Shown: positions 22,451 through 32,209 of the stretch, piece by piece
Numbering within the stretch: the stretch's first letter is position 1
Layout of the letters: every line of letters begins with the position of its first letter
Assembly (NCBI RefSeq): GCF_048403405.1
Contig: NZ_CP183129.1
Length of the DNA stretch: 64,000 bases
Origin: Escherichia coli
GTDB lineage: Bacteria; Pseudomonadota; Gammaproteobacteria; Enterobacterales; Enterobacteriaceae
Direction: 5' to 3' (one strand)
Notes under the pieces: model-generated
Databases searched by the model: none
What the model was told of the DNA's origin: nothing
What the model saw: only the letters and a program-made list of their open reading frames with translations
Made by a program: the position numbers and the translations under genes

Positions 22451-23257
22451 ATGATCGAAACGCTGCTTGAAGTGCGTAATTTAAGTAAAACGTTCCGCTA
22501 CCGGACCGGCTGGTTTCGTCGTCAGACCGTAGAAGCGGTAAAACCCTTGAGCTTTACGCTACGTGAAGGCCAGACACTGGCGATCATTGGTGAGAATGGT
22601 TCTGGTAAATCCACGCTGGCAAAAATGCTGGCGGGAATGATAGAACCTACCAGCGGCGAGTTATTGATTGACGATCATCCGCTGCATTTTGGCGATTATT
22701 CCTTCCGCAGTCAGCGTATTCGCATGATTTTTCAGGATCCTTCGACCTCGTTGAATCCCCGTCAACGTATCTCGCAAATTCTGGATTTTCCACTGCGTCT
22801 GAACACCGATCTGGAACCTGAACAGCGTCGCAAACAGATTATTGAAACGATGCGTATGGTTGGGCTGCTACCGGATCACGTCAGTTACTATCCGCATATG
22901 TTGGCACCCGGGCAAAAACAGCGTCTGGGGCTGGCGCGCGCGCTGATATTGCGCCCAAAAGTCATTATTGCCGATGAAGCCCTCGCCTCACTGGATATGT
23001 CGATGCGTTCGCAGTTGATTAATCTGATGCTTGAGTTACAGGAAAAACAGGGCATTTCGTATATTTATGTTACCCAGCATATCGGAATGATGAAGCACAT
23101 TAGCGACCAGGTGCTGGTGATGCATCAGGGCGAGGTTGTCGAGCGAGGCAGCACCGCCGATGTGCTGGCATCGCCGCTGCATGAACTCACCAAACGGCTG
23201 ATCGCCGGTCATTTTGGCGAGGCATTGACGGCGGATGCGTGGCGTAAGGACCGTTAG
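22451..23257 (+). CDS. sapF: Sap ABC transporter ATP-binding protein
   Basis: 268-aa ORF with Walker A (GENGSGKST); last gene of the operon. Confidence 0.9.
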   Translation: MIETLLEVRNLSKTFRYRTGWFRRQTVEAVKPLSFTLREGQTLAIIGENGSGKSTLAKMLAGMIEPTSGELLIDDHPLHFGDYSFRSQRIRMIFQDPSTSLNPRQRISQILDFPLRLNTDLEPEQRRKQIIETMRMVGLLPDHVSYYPHMLAPGQKQRLGLARALILRPKVIIADEALASLDMSMRSQLINLMLELQEKQGISYIYVTQHIGMMKHISDQVLVMHQGEVVERGSTADVLASPLHELTKRLIAGHFGEALTADAWRKDR

Positions 23258-23265
23258 TGTTTTGC

Positions 23266-23302
23266 ACCTCATCCTGACAGGGGCCCCCCTCAGGATGAGG
23301 TG
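23266..23302. terminator. Bidirectional stem-loop between convergent sapF and the MFS transporter gene
   Basis: Perfect 13-bp inverted repeat CACCTCATCCTGA / TCAGGATGAGGTG around a G/C-rich loop, filling the 49-bp gap between two convergent stop codons. Confidence 0.55.
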
Positions 23303-23306
23303 TTCA

Positions 23307-24470
23307 TTACTTTTGATTGTCGATTCTGGTGAGAGCAACCAGCAATGCCAGCGTATAACACACCGTAATTGCCAGACTCATTTTTAACAGTGTTTCTCCG
23401 CCAATTCCCGACAATGGCGCGGCTATACCGCCGAAGACAAACATGCTCATCCCCATCAACGCAGACGCCGTTCCAGATTCCTGCGTCCCTACTGCACTCA
23501 TAGCCTCTGCCCCGCCAACAGTGCCGATGCCGCTACAAAATGCGATGGTGAAAAATAATGCCACCAGTGCCGGAATGGGCAATTGTATCCATGCGCATAA
23601 GACCGTGAGCAATGCACACAAAATTGCCGCTATCAGGCCACCTCGCAACAATGTCATCGCGTTAATCCGTCGCGCCAGGCGCGAGAAGATCCATGAAGCA
23701 ATGATAAGTCCGATGCCGTTAAGGCCAAACACCAGGCTAAATTGCATTGGATTAAAGCCAAATTCCTTCTGCAACACGAACGACGAAGAGCCGATATATG
23801 CAAACAAACCGGCCAGCATAAAACTTTGAATCAGGCAAAAGCGCATAAAACGGCGGTTCTGCACCACGCTTCGTCCGGTTAATAGCAATGATGAGCCCCT
23901 TTTATTTTCTGGCAAGGTCTCATTAATAAATAACAGGCAGCCCAGCAACAGTACGGTGCTAATTTCAGCCATTACCCAGAATAAAGTGCGCCAGTCAAAA
24001 GTGCTGACAATGTACCCGCCCAGCACTGGCGACAACACCGGTGCCAGGCCATTCACCGTCATTAACAGCGCAAAAAACTGGGTCAACGTTACTCCCTGAT
24101 ATTTGTCACGAGCAATAGAACGAGAGAGCACCGAACCACCCGCCCCCGCGATCCCTTGAATAAAACGCCAGACCACCAGCCAGTAAATATTGTTCGTTGT
24201 CGCGCACAAAATGGAAGAAACAATAAACAATAGCAACGACAAGATTAACGGACGTTTACGCCCTATTTTGTCGCTCAGAGGGCCAAATAACAGTTGTCCG
24301 ACGCCAAGACCGATCAGTGATGCAGTCAGCGTTAATTGCGTTATGGTCGTGGTTGCCGCCAGTTGCTCAGACATCTCCGGCAAAGCCGGCAAATAAAGAT
24401 CGGTACACATCGGGCCGATACCGGCTAAAAGACCAAGAATCAATGCCCATGAAAGAGAGACTCTAGCCAT
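23307..24470 (-). CDS. MFS drug/H+ antiporter, Bcr/CflA (DHA1) family, 12 TM
   Basis: 387-aa ORF with MFS signature region GPLSDKIGRKRP and 12 predicted TM segments; 8 bp downstream of the OMF gene. Confidence 0.8.
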   Translation of the reverse strand: MARVSLSWALILGLLAGIGPMCTDLYLPALPEMSEQLAATTTITQLTLTASLIGLGVGQLLFGPLSDKIGRKRPLILSLLLFIVSSILCATTNNIYWLVVWRFIQGIAGAGGSVLSRSIARDKYQGVTLTQFFALLMTVNGLAPVLSPVLGGYIVSTFDWRTLFWVMAEISTVLLLGCLLFINETLPENKRGSSLLLTGRSVVQNRRFMRFCLIQSFMLAGLFAYIGSSSFVLQKEFGFNPMQFSLVFGLNGIGLIIASWIFSRLARRINAMTLLRGGLIAAILCALLTVLCAWIQLPIPALVALFFTIAFCSGIGTVGGAEAMSAVGTQESGTASALMGMSMFVFGGIAAPLSGIGGETLLKMSLAITVCYTLALLVALTRIDNQK

Positions 24471-24478
24471 ATTATTCC

Positions 24479-25852
24479 TTACTTGAGTGATGACATGCCG
24501 CCGCCCAGCGACTGCCAGAGCGTGATTCGGTTTGTAAAATCAGTCAGTTGTAGTGCCAGCAGCGCCTGCTGTGCGCTCCACAAGCTGCGCTGCGCCGTCA
24601 ACACGGTCAGGTAATCACCAACACCCGCCTGATAGCGACGCAAGCCAACATCGACCGTTTGTTGCTCAGCTTTAACATACTGGCGCTGTGCATCCAGTTG
24701 CTCTTCAAGCGTGGTCCGCCGCGCCAGTGCGTTAGCGACATCTTTAAATGCGCTCTGAACGGTTTTTTCATAGGTGGCAATGAGTCCACGCTTTTGTGCT
24801 TCTGCGTAACGAAGCTGCGCCAGATTACTTCCGCCAGTGAACAGCGGTAATGTGACCGATGGCGTAAATGACCAGATCTGCATTCCGTGGCTGAACAACG
24901 ACGACAATGCTTCACTGCCAACACCAGCGCTGGCAGTCAGCGAAATCGTCGGAAAAAAGTTAGCCCGCGCCGCGCCAATATCGGCATTGGCGCTCTTCAA
25001 ATTATGTTCCGCTTCCTGGATATCCGGGCGACGCAGCAGAACGTCAGATGACACTCCCGCAGGAACCAGACTTATCATCTGTTCCGGCAGGCTTTCCAGT
25101 GTTCCCGGTAGCAAATTTTCCTCAAGCGTTGTACCTGCCAGTAAGTTCAGCGCATTTTTATCCTGCATCACTTGTGTCTGATAGCTGGCAACGCTGGCGC
25201 GCGCTTGCTGATAAACACTCATCGCCTCACTGACATCTGTCGCTGCCGCCGTGCCAACCTGTTGCTGGCGCTGGATAATTTTCAATGAGTTTTCTGCACT
25301 GGCCATCGTTTCTTTTGCCAGGGCCAGGTTGCTGTTATCAGCCGCCAGTGTCAGCCAGGCGGTGCTGATTTCAGCAATCAGCGTTAAACGAGTGTTCTGG
25401 GCTGTAAATTCACTGGCAAGCCAGGTTTCCCGCGCCGCCCGAGATAAACTCTGATTACGACCAAACAGATCTAACGTAAAACTGGACACCGTGCCGTCAG
25501 CCTCGGCAGTGGTTTCCGTACCATTCGCCAGCGAACGACTGCGGGTTGAACTTAAGGCCGCATTCACCGTCGGGAATAACGACGCATTAGTTTGCCCATA
25601 GAGCGCCCGTGCTGAGTCAATATCAGCAATCGCTTTTTGCACATCGCGGTTACTGTTCAGTGCAATAGTCACCACCTGCTGCAATCGGGGATCGTGGATC
25701 ACCTGCTGCCAGTCATGGCTGATTGCCTTTCCCTGGCCCTGTGCTCCCGGCAAGGTCGCCGGGATTGGGGATTCAGGCGTGCTGTAGTGGGGCTCGAGCG
25801 AGACACATCCCGCACTCAACAGCACCAGAAAAATAAGAGAACGACGCAACAT
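24479..25852 (-). CDS. Outer-membrane efflux lipoprotein, NodT/OprM family
   Basis: 457-aa ORF with lipoprotein signal (LLSAGC) and OprM-like outer membrane factor repeats; 3 bp downstream of the RND gene. Confidence 0.85.
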   Translation of the reverse strand: MLRRSLIFLVLLSAGCVSLEPHYSTPESPIPATLPGAQGQGKAISHDWQQVIHDPRLQQVVTIALNSNRDVQKAIADIDSARALYGQTNASLFPTVNAALSSTRSRSLANGTETTAEADGTVSSFTLDLFGRNQSLSRAARETWLASEFTAQNTRLTLIAEISTAWLTLAADNSNLALAKETMASAENSLKIIQRQQQVGTAAATDVSEAMSVYQQARASVASYQTQVMQDKNALNLLAGTTLEENLLPGTLESLPEQMISLVPAGVSSDVLLRRPDIQEAEHNLKSANADIGAARANFFPTISLTASAGVGSEALSSLFSHGMQIWSFTPSVTLPLFTGGSNLAQLRYAEAQKRGLIATYEKTVQSAFKDVANALARRTTLEEQLDAQRQYVKAEQQTVDVGLRRYQAGVGDYLTVLTAQRSLWSAQQALLALQLTDFTNRITLWQSLGGGMSSLK

Positions 25853-25855
25853 AAC

Positions 25856-28800
25856 TTACTCCTGACGGCGCGGTTTACCGGCAAACAAACGTTTCACCAG
25901 TACAAAAAACAGAGGAACAAAGAAAATAGCCAGCAACGTAGCGGTCAGCGTACCGCCAATAATGCCCGTACCAATGGCGATGCGGCTGTTCGCCCCTGCG
26001 CCGGTTGCTATCGCCAGCGGCATTACCCCCGCAATAAACGCCAGCGAGGTCATGATGATTGGGCGTAAACGAGTCTGCGCCGCGCGTAATGCCGCACGAC
26101 TCAAGGAATAGCCCTCTGCAACCGCCGCTTCAGCAAATTCCACAATCAGAATGGCGTTTTTCGACGACAAGCCGATAGTGGTTAATAGCGCCACCTGGAA
26201 GTAAACATCGTTGTTTAAATCACGCATCCAGGCCGCCAGCGCCGCGCCAAGAAGCCCCAGAGGGATCACCAGAATGACCGAGAACGGGACTGACCAGCTT
26301 TCGTACAGTGCTGCAAGGCAGAGGAAAACCACCAGAATAGAAACTGCATACAGACTCAATGCCTGACCGCTGGCCAGTTTCTCCTGCAATGACAAACCAC
26401 TCCAGGCCCAGGTTGTTCCCGCAGGAAGACTGTTTGCCAGTTCCTCCATTTTTGTCATTGCATCGCCGGAACTAAAGCCAGTCGCATTTTCCCCCTGAAT
26501 TTCATAGGCTGCAGAACCGTTGTAGCGCACCAGTCTTTCCGGTCCATACAGCCAGCGGGTGGTTGCAAAAGCAGAGAATAGTGTCATGGCGTTATCGCTA
26601 CCGCGCACAAACCATTTACCTAAGTCTGACGGCGTGGAACGAAATTCACTGTCGCCCTGAATGTAGACTTTTTTCACACGACCACGGTCAATAAAGTCAT
26701 TCACATAAGTACCGCCCCACGCACTGGACAGGGTGTCGGTGACATCATTCAAACTCAACCCTAATGACACCGCTTTATTACTATCAATATCTACCTGCAA
26801 TTGCGGCATTTGTGGCAAATCATTGGCACGCACAGAATGTAACTCCGGACTTTGATTCGCTTTTTCTATCAACTGATTACGCATTTGCAGTAGTGTTTCG
26901 CGATCGGTTCCACCGTTAGCTAACAATTCAAACGTAAAACCATTGCTTTGCCCCAGCCCATCAACGGCTGGCGGCGTCATCGCAAATACCGTGGCATCAC
27001 GAATTGTGCCCAGCTCTTTGGTTGCCCGTAGGGCGATAGCCTGGGCGGTGTTTTCTGCCCCTTTACGTTGAGACCAGTTTTTCAACGAAACAAACGCCAT
27101 CCCGGTGTTCTGTCCGCTGCCGCTAAAACTGAAACCATCAACGGTAAAAATGACATCGGTATTTGCTTTCTCATTAATCAGGAACCAGTCAACAATCTGG
27201 CGATTCACTTCTGCTGTACGGGCAGCGGTCGCCCCGGCCGGCAGCGTGTACTGCACCATGATTTCGCCCTGGTCTTCAGTGGGTAAGAAACTGCCCGGCA
27301 GTTTCCACATCATCAGGGCCATTCCACCACCCAGTACGACATAAAGCCCCATCGTTCGAGCAGCACGGCGCAGGACATAAATTACGCCTCGCTGATATTT
27401 ATCTTCAGTACGGCGGTAAAAGCGGTTAAATGCGCCGAAAAAGCCTTTTTTATGTGGCGGAACATGCTGGAGGACGGAACCGCACAGGGCGGGAGTCAAG
27501 GTCAATGCCACTACCACGGAAAGCAGCATTGCGGAGATAATGGTTATCGAAAACTGACGATAAATTACCCCCGTAGATCCCCCAAAGAAGGCCATAGGCA
27601 GGAATACGGCTGACAACACCAGCGCAATGGCAACCAGTGCGCCAGAAATCTCGCCCATTGATTTTTCCGTGGCTTCACGCGCGGGCAACCCTTCGTCACG
27701 CATAATACGTTCGACGTTCTCCACCACCACAATGGCATCGTCCACCAGCAAGCCGATCGCCAGCACCATTGCAAACAACGTCAGGGTATTAATCGAATAG
27801 CCAAACAACGCAAGAACGCCGAATGTGCCCAGCAAAACGACGGGGACAGCTAACGCCGGAATCAGTGTGGCACGCAGGTTTTGCAGGAATAAATACATCA
27901 CGCAAACCACCAATACGATGGCTTCAAACAGCGTCTGAATTACGTCCTCTACAGAGATTTTAATAAATTCAGTGCTGTCTTTCGGGTATGCGATGTCGTA
28001 TCCCTGCGGCATGTTCCGCTGGAATTCGGCAATCTTATCCTTGACCAGCGTCGCCGTATTCAGCGCATTCGCACCGGGCGAAAGCATTACAGCAACCCCG
28101 GCAGACGGGTGACCGTTAAGTTTGCCGATAGCGGTATAATCTTCACTGCCCATCTCAACGCGAGCCACATCTTTTATACGAACAACTGCGCCGTCTGACT
28201 GGCTTTTCACGATAATATTTTTGAACTGATCCACCGTCTGCAAGCGAGACTGCGCACGTACCGTTGCGGTCAGTTGCTGAGTATTCGGTGAAGGCAATGC
28301 CCCTATTTTCCCGGCAGTAACCTGCACGTTTTGCGCTTCAATAGCACTTTGCACGTCTGAAGGCATTAGCGAGTAAGACGCCAGTTTGGCCGGGTCAAGC
28401 CAGATGCGCATAGCGTATTCCGCGCCAAAGACTTGCAGACTCCCCACACCTTCAACACGCGCCAGCGGGTCCTGAACGTTACTAACCAACCAGTCGGCGA
28501 TATCCGAACTGGAGGCTTTGTCAGTGGTGTCATACACGGCAGCAATCAGCAAAAAGTTGCTTTGTGATTTCTCCACCGTAACACCCGTTTGCTGCACTTC
28601 GCTGGGTAGGCGCGACTCCGCCTGCTGAATTTTATTCTGCACCTGAACCTGTGCAGTATCTGGATCGGTACCTTGTTCAAAGGTCACATTAATACTGACC
28701 GAACCATCAGAGCTGCTGGTTGAGCTGAAATAGAGTAAATTATCAAGCCCAGTGAGTTGTTGCTCGATAACCTGAGTCACGCTGTTCTCCAGCGTTTCGG

Positions 28801-28963
28801 CAGAAGCACCAGTATAAGTGGCTGAAATTTTAATGGTCGGTGGCGCAACGTCAGGATATTGCGCGACGGGCAATGTGCGAATAGCCAGAATCCCCGCCAA
28901 CATAATCAAAATGGCGATAACCCAGGCAAAGACCGGGCGGCGAACAAAAAAGCGCGAAAACAT
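25856..28963 (-). CDS. RND multidrug efflux permease (AcrB/MexB/HAE1 family)
   Basis: 1035-aa ORF with clear similarity to AcrB/MdtF but not identical to any K-12 RND pump I can recall; 12 TM plus large periplasmic loops. Confidence 0.9.
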   Translation of the reverse strand: MFSRFFVRRPVFAWVIAILIMLAGILAIRTLPVAQYPDVAPPTIKISATYTGASAETLENSVTQVIEQQLTGLDNLLYFSSTSSSDGSVSINVTFEQGTDPDTAQVQVQNKIQQAESRLPSEVQQTGVTVEKSQSNFLLIAAVYDTTDKASSSDIADWLVSNVQDPLARVEGVGSLQVFGAEYAMRIWLDPAKLASYSLMPSDVQSAIEAQNVQVTAGKIGALPSPNTQQLTATVRAQSRLQTVDQFKNIIVKSQSDGAVVRIKDVARVEMGSEDYTAIGKLNGHPSAGVAVMLSPGANALNTATLVKDKIAEFQRNMPQGYDIAYPKDSTEFIKISVEDVIQTLFEAIVLVVCVMYLFLQNLRATLIPALAVPVVLLGTFGVLALFGYSINTLTLFAMVLAIGLLVDDAIVVVENVERIMRDEGLPAREATEKSMGEISGALVAIALVLSAVFLPMAFFGGSTGVIYRQFSITIISAMLLSVVVALTLTPALCGSVLQHVPPHKKGFFGAFNRFYRRTEDKYQRGVIYVLRRAARTMGLYVVLGGGMALMMWKLPGSFLPTEDQGEIMVQYTLPAGATAARTAEVNRQIVDWFLINEKANTDVIFTVDGFSFSGSGQNTGMAFVSLKNWSQRKGAENTAQAIALRATKELGTIRDATVFAMTPPAVDGLGQSNGFTFELLANGGTDRETLLQMRNQLIEKANQSPELHSVRANDLPQMPQLQVDIDSNKAVSLGLSLNDVTDTLSSAWGGTYVNDFIDRGRVKKVYIQGDSEFRSTPSDLGKWFVRGSDNAMTLFSAFATTRWLYGPERLVRYNGSAAYEIQGENATGFSSGDAMTKMEELANSLPAGTTWAWSGLSLQEKLASGQALSLYAVSILVVFLCLAALYESWSVPFSVILVIPLGLLGAALAAWMRDLNNDVYFQVALLTTIGLSSKNAILIVEFAEAAVAEGYSLSRAALRAAQTRLRPIIMTSLAFIAGVMPLAIATGAGANSRIAIGTGIIGGTLTATLLAIFFVPLFFVLVKRLFAGKPRRQE

Positions 28964-30084
28964 CAGGCGTTGCCTCCATTAGCCTGAACTTCAACAGCCT
29001 TGACGGTCTGCCCTGAAGTGACTTTGGCAGAACCTTCAACAATCAGTCGGTCGCCGTTGTGCAGGCCGTTCAGCACCAGCCATTTATCACCATACGTTTC
29101 TCCCGTTTCGAGCGTTCGCTGCTCTACTTTATTGTCTTTATTCACCACCAGCGCAGTTGCATTGCCTTTAGCATCGCGCGTGACGCCCTGTTGCGGCGCG
29201 AGAATAGCGTCTTCCATCACGCCTTCATCGACACGAGCGCGAACAAACATTCCCGGTAATAACTGCTGTTGTGGATTGGGGAAAATCGCCCGTAATGTCA
29301 CCGAACCGGTAGACTCATCTACAGCGACTTCGGTGAGTTCCAGACGCCCTTTTTCGCTGTAGGTTGTGCCATCTTCCAGAATAAGTGAGACGCTCATGGT
29401 GTCACTGTTGGTCGCCAGTGACTGTTTACGCAGACGTAATAAATCGACACTGGAGCGAGTGAGGTCGACATACATTGTCTCCAGACCACGAATAGTCGTT
29501 AACGCTGTATCTTGCGACGCGGTCACCAGTGCGCCAGGGGTTACCGACGAAATGCCAATTCGCCCTGAAATCGGTGCGGTTACCGTGGTCCAGTCAAGAT
29601 TAATGCGCGCAGTTTCCAGCGCGGCTTTTTTCGCCTCTACACTGGCTTTATCTTGTGCACAGGTAGACTGAGCATCATCAGCATCCTGTTGTGAAACACC
29701 GTTCTCTTTCACCAGTCGGGCATAACGCTGCGCTTTCTGGCAATCGGCTTTTACCAGTGCCTGTGCTTGTTGTAATGCTGCCCGAGCTTCATTCCATGCA
29801 GCCTGATAACTGACCGCATCAATCTGGTAGAGAGGCTGTCCAGCCTTGACCAGATCCCCTTCCTTAAATAAGCGTTTCTGGATAATTCCCCCAACCTGCG
29901 GACGTACTTCAGCACTGAGCGCAGCACTGGTGCGTCCGGTTAATTCACTGACTACCGAGACCGGTTGAGATTTGACTGTAACAACGCCGACTTCTGTTTC
30001 TGACGGGGATGAATTGTTACTTTGCGTATTATCACAACCAGATAAGAGCAGCATTGCCACTACAGATGTTGCTATATACTTCAT
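28963..30084 (-). CDS. RND efflux membrane fusion protein (periplasmic adaptor lipoprotein)
   Basis: ORF track 28963..30117; start refined to ATG 30082-30084 (373 aa) preceded by GGAG; lipobox LLSGC; AcrA/MexA-like; stop overlaps the RND start. Confidence 0.85.
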   Translation of the reverse strand: MKYIATSVVAMLLLSGCDNTQSNNSSPSETEVGVVTVKSQPVSVVSELTGRTSAALSAEVRPQVGGIIQKRLFKEGDLVKAGQPLYQIDAVSYQAAWNEARAALQQAQALVKADCQKAQRYARLVKENGVSQQDADDAQSTCAQDKASVEAKKAALETARINLDWTTVTAPISGRIGISSVTPGALVTASQDTALTTIRGLETMYVDLTRSSVDLLRLRKQSLATNSDTMSVSLILEDGTTYSEKGRLELTEVAVDESTGSVTLRAIFPNPQQQLLPGMFVRARVDEGVMEDAILAPQQGVTRDAKGNATALVVNKDNKVEQRTLETGETYGDKWLVLNGLHNGDRLIVEGSAKVTSGQTVKAVEVQANGGNA

Positions 30085-30111
30085 TATTTTCTCCAGGGTG
30101 AGAAATACCCT

Positions 30112-30131
30112 CCTCATTAAAATTAATGAGG
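30112..30131. promoter_or_regulatory. Candidate TetR-family operator upstream of the efflux operon
   Basis: Inverted repeat CCTCATTAA-aa-TTAATGAGG with perfect 9-bp arms between the TetR gene and the MFP gene; further palindromes at 30169-30184 and 30195-30212. Confidence 0.35.
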
Positions 30132-30232
30132 ATATGTCAGGGATATTCAGTTATAACGAACCCGCATCGCGAAATGAATTTCGCAATGAAATAAGGGGGA
30201 TTAATATCCCCCGCTATTGGTTAATTCTGTTC

Positions 30233-30799
30233 TTATTTATTTATCAACATACTAACAATATCCTGATATATTTCCTGCAGATGTTGTGGATCGCTTTTTT
30301 GCGGTGTTAAACGACGATAAACCGTACCTTCCATCATGGTAGCAAACACTTCAACGCAGCAACGAATGTGCTCGTCGCTAAGATGGGGATGCATTCTTTT
30401 CATATGTGCACAACCGTTAGCGAACATTCTGGCGTCAGCTTCTTCAAGCATTGCCATAACCCGCGGGTTGCGTGTGGCTTCTGCAGCCACTTCCAGCATC
30501 AGCGCGTCGTCGTCCTCATTTAAGGATTTACGCAAGGCAAGGACTTCCGGGAAGTGATCGGTACGCGCGTCAATGTCCATTTGGGCAATACGAAAGTCGA
30601 TGATACGGCGAACCATCTCTTCAATAATGGCGTCTTTGTTGGCGAAGTAACGATATATCTGACCCACGCTAAGCTGAGCTTCGCTGGCAATTTGCGACAT
30701 ACTGGCGGCATGAAACCCGCAGCGACGAAAACACCGACGGGCGGCGTTAATGATTTCATCCTGACGCTGTTTGTGGCGTATCTCCAGCTTGCTGGTCAT
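30233..30799 (-). CDS. TetR/AcrR-family transcriptional regulator
   Basis: ORF track 30233..30898; start refined to ATG 30797-30799 (188 aa) preceded by AGGAGA; N-terminal TetR HTH (SMSQIASEAQLSVGQIYRYFANKD). Confidence 0.8.
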   Translation of the reverse strand: MTSKLEIRHKQRQDEIINAARRCFRRCGFHAASMSQIASEAQLSVGQIYRYFANKDAIIEEMVRRIIDFRIAQMDIDARTDHFPEVLALRKSLNEDDDALMLEVAAEATRNPRVMAMLEEADARMFANGCAHMKRMHPHLSDEHIRCCVEVFATMMEGTVYRRLTPQKSDPQHLQEIYQDIVSMLINK

Positions 30800-31276
30800 T
30801 TCTGTCTCCTGGCCTATCACTTGGTGAGAATGATCGTTCTCATTTTTGCTGATTATACGTTTCTCCAAAGTAATGGAAAGTATTTTTATCTTATTCATGG
30901 TGCATATTCTGATAATGAAGAGATTGTGGAGATTATGTGAAGATAGTTGACAATATTAAGTTGGGGTCAATTCATCAGAAAGGCTGCTACTTGTTGTCGC
31001 CAGTTCTGTTTTCATCATCAAACTTATCGGAGCTAATACGAATAGTTTCAGAGTCAGATTCTATAAGATATTCCCCCAACCTACCCCTTGCAGGCGTCAA
31101 GAGTAGATAACGCAAAATGCTCTGTACCGCAGCTTCTCTCCGGTACAGAAAGCGCAACTATAGCCACCCACAGCCAGGTTGATTATAATAACCGTTTATC
31201 TGTTCGTACTGTTTACTAAAACGACGAATCGCCTGATTTTCAGGCACAACAAGCATCAACAATAAGGATTAAAGCT

Positions 31277-32065
31277 ATGGGTTTTCTTTCCGGTAAGCGC
31301 ATTCTGGTAACCGGTGTTGCCAGCAAACTGTCCATCGCCTACGGTATCGCTCAGGCGATGCACCGCGAAGGAGCTGAACTGGCATTCACCTACCAGAACG
31401 ACAAACTGAAAGGCCGCGTAGAAGAATTTGCCGCTCAATTGGGTTCTGACATCGTTCTGCAGTGCGATGTTGCAGAAGATGCCAGCATCGACACCATGTT
31501 CGCTGAACTGGCGAAAGTTTGGCCGAAATTTGACGGTTTCGTACACTCTATTGGTTTTGCACCTGGCGATCAGCTGGATGGTGACTATGTTAATGCCGTT
31601 ACCCGTGAAGGCTTCAAAATTGCCCACGACATCAGCTCCTACAGCTTCGTTGCAATGGCAAAAGCTTGCCGCTCCATGCTGAATCCGGGTTCTGCCCTGC
31701 TGACCCTTTCCTACCTTGGCGCTGAGCGCGCTATCCCGAACTACAACGTTATGGGTCTGGCAAAAGCGTCTCTGGAAGCAAACGTGCGCTATATGGCGAA
31801 CGCAATGGGTCCGGAAGGTGTGCGTGTTAACGCCATCTCTGCGGGTCCGATCCGTACTTTGGCGGCCTCCGGTATCAAAGACTTCCGCAAAATGCTGGCT
31901 CATTGCGAAGCCGTTACCCCGATTCGCCGTACCGTTACTATTGAAGATGTGGGTAACTCCGCGGCATTCCTGTGCTCCGATCTCTCTGCCGGTATCTCCG
32001 GTGAAGTGGTCCACGTTGACGGCGGTTTCAGCATCGCTGCAATGAACGAACTCGAATTGAAATAA
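31277..32065 (+). CDS. fabI: Enoyl-ACP reductase (NADH)
   Basis: 262-aa [29 protein letters not shown]...; SDR family; matches FabI. Confidence 0.93.
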   Translation: MGFLSGKRILVTGVASKLSIAYGIAQAMHREGAELAFTYQNDKLKGRVEEFAAQLGSDIVLQCDVAEDASIDTMFAELAKVWPKFDGFVHSIGFAPGDQLDGDYVNAVTREGFKIAHDISSYSFVAMAKACRSMLNPGSALLTLSYLGAERAIPNYNVMGLAKASLEANVRYMANAMGPEGVRVNAISAGPIRTLAASGIKDFRKMLAHCEAVTPIRRTVTIEDVGNSAAFLCSDLSAGISGEVVHVDGGFSIAAMNELELK

Positions 32066-32085
32066 TCATTCTGTTGGTAAATATT

Positions 32086-32110
32086 GGGCGGCGTTCTGCC
32101 GCCCGTTATC
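32086..32110 (+). terminator. Intrinsic terminator after fabI
   Basis: GGGCGGC-loop-GCCGCCC hairpin followed by a T-containing tract, 20 bp after the fabI stop. Confidence 0.5.
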
Positions 32111-32209
32111 TCTGTTATACCTTTCTGATATTTGTTATCGCCGATCCGTCTTTCTCCCCTTCCCGCCTTGCGTCAGGATAACGATTTCCTTTACGACCAA
32201 GGAGCGCCC

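Noticed and set aside
30900-31276. Possible remnant of ycjD or an integrase/att site at the right edge of the efflux island
   Set aside because: No ORF of appropriate size, no direct repeats and no tRNA were visible by eye; the boundary could not be placed precisely without alignment to a reference.
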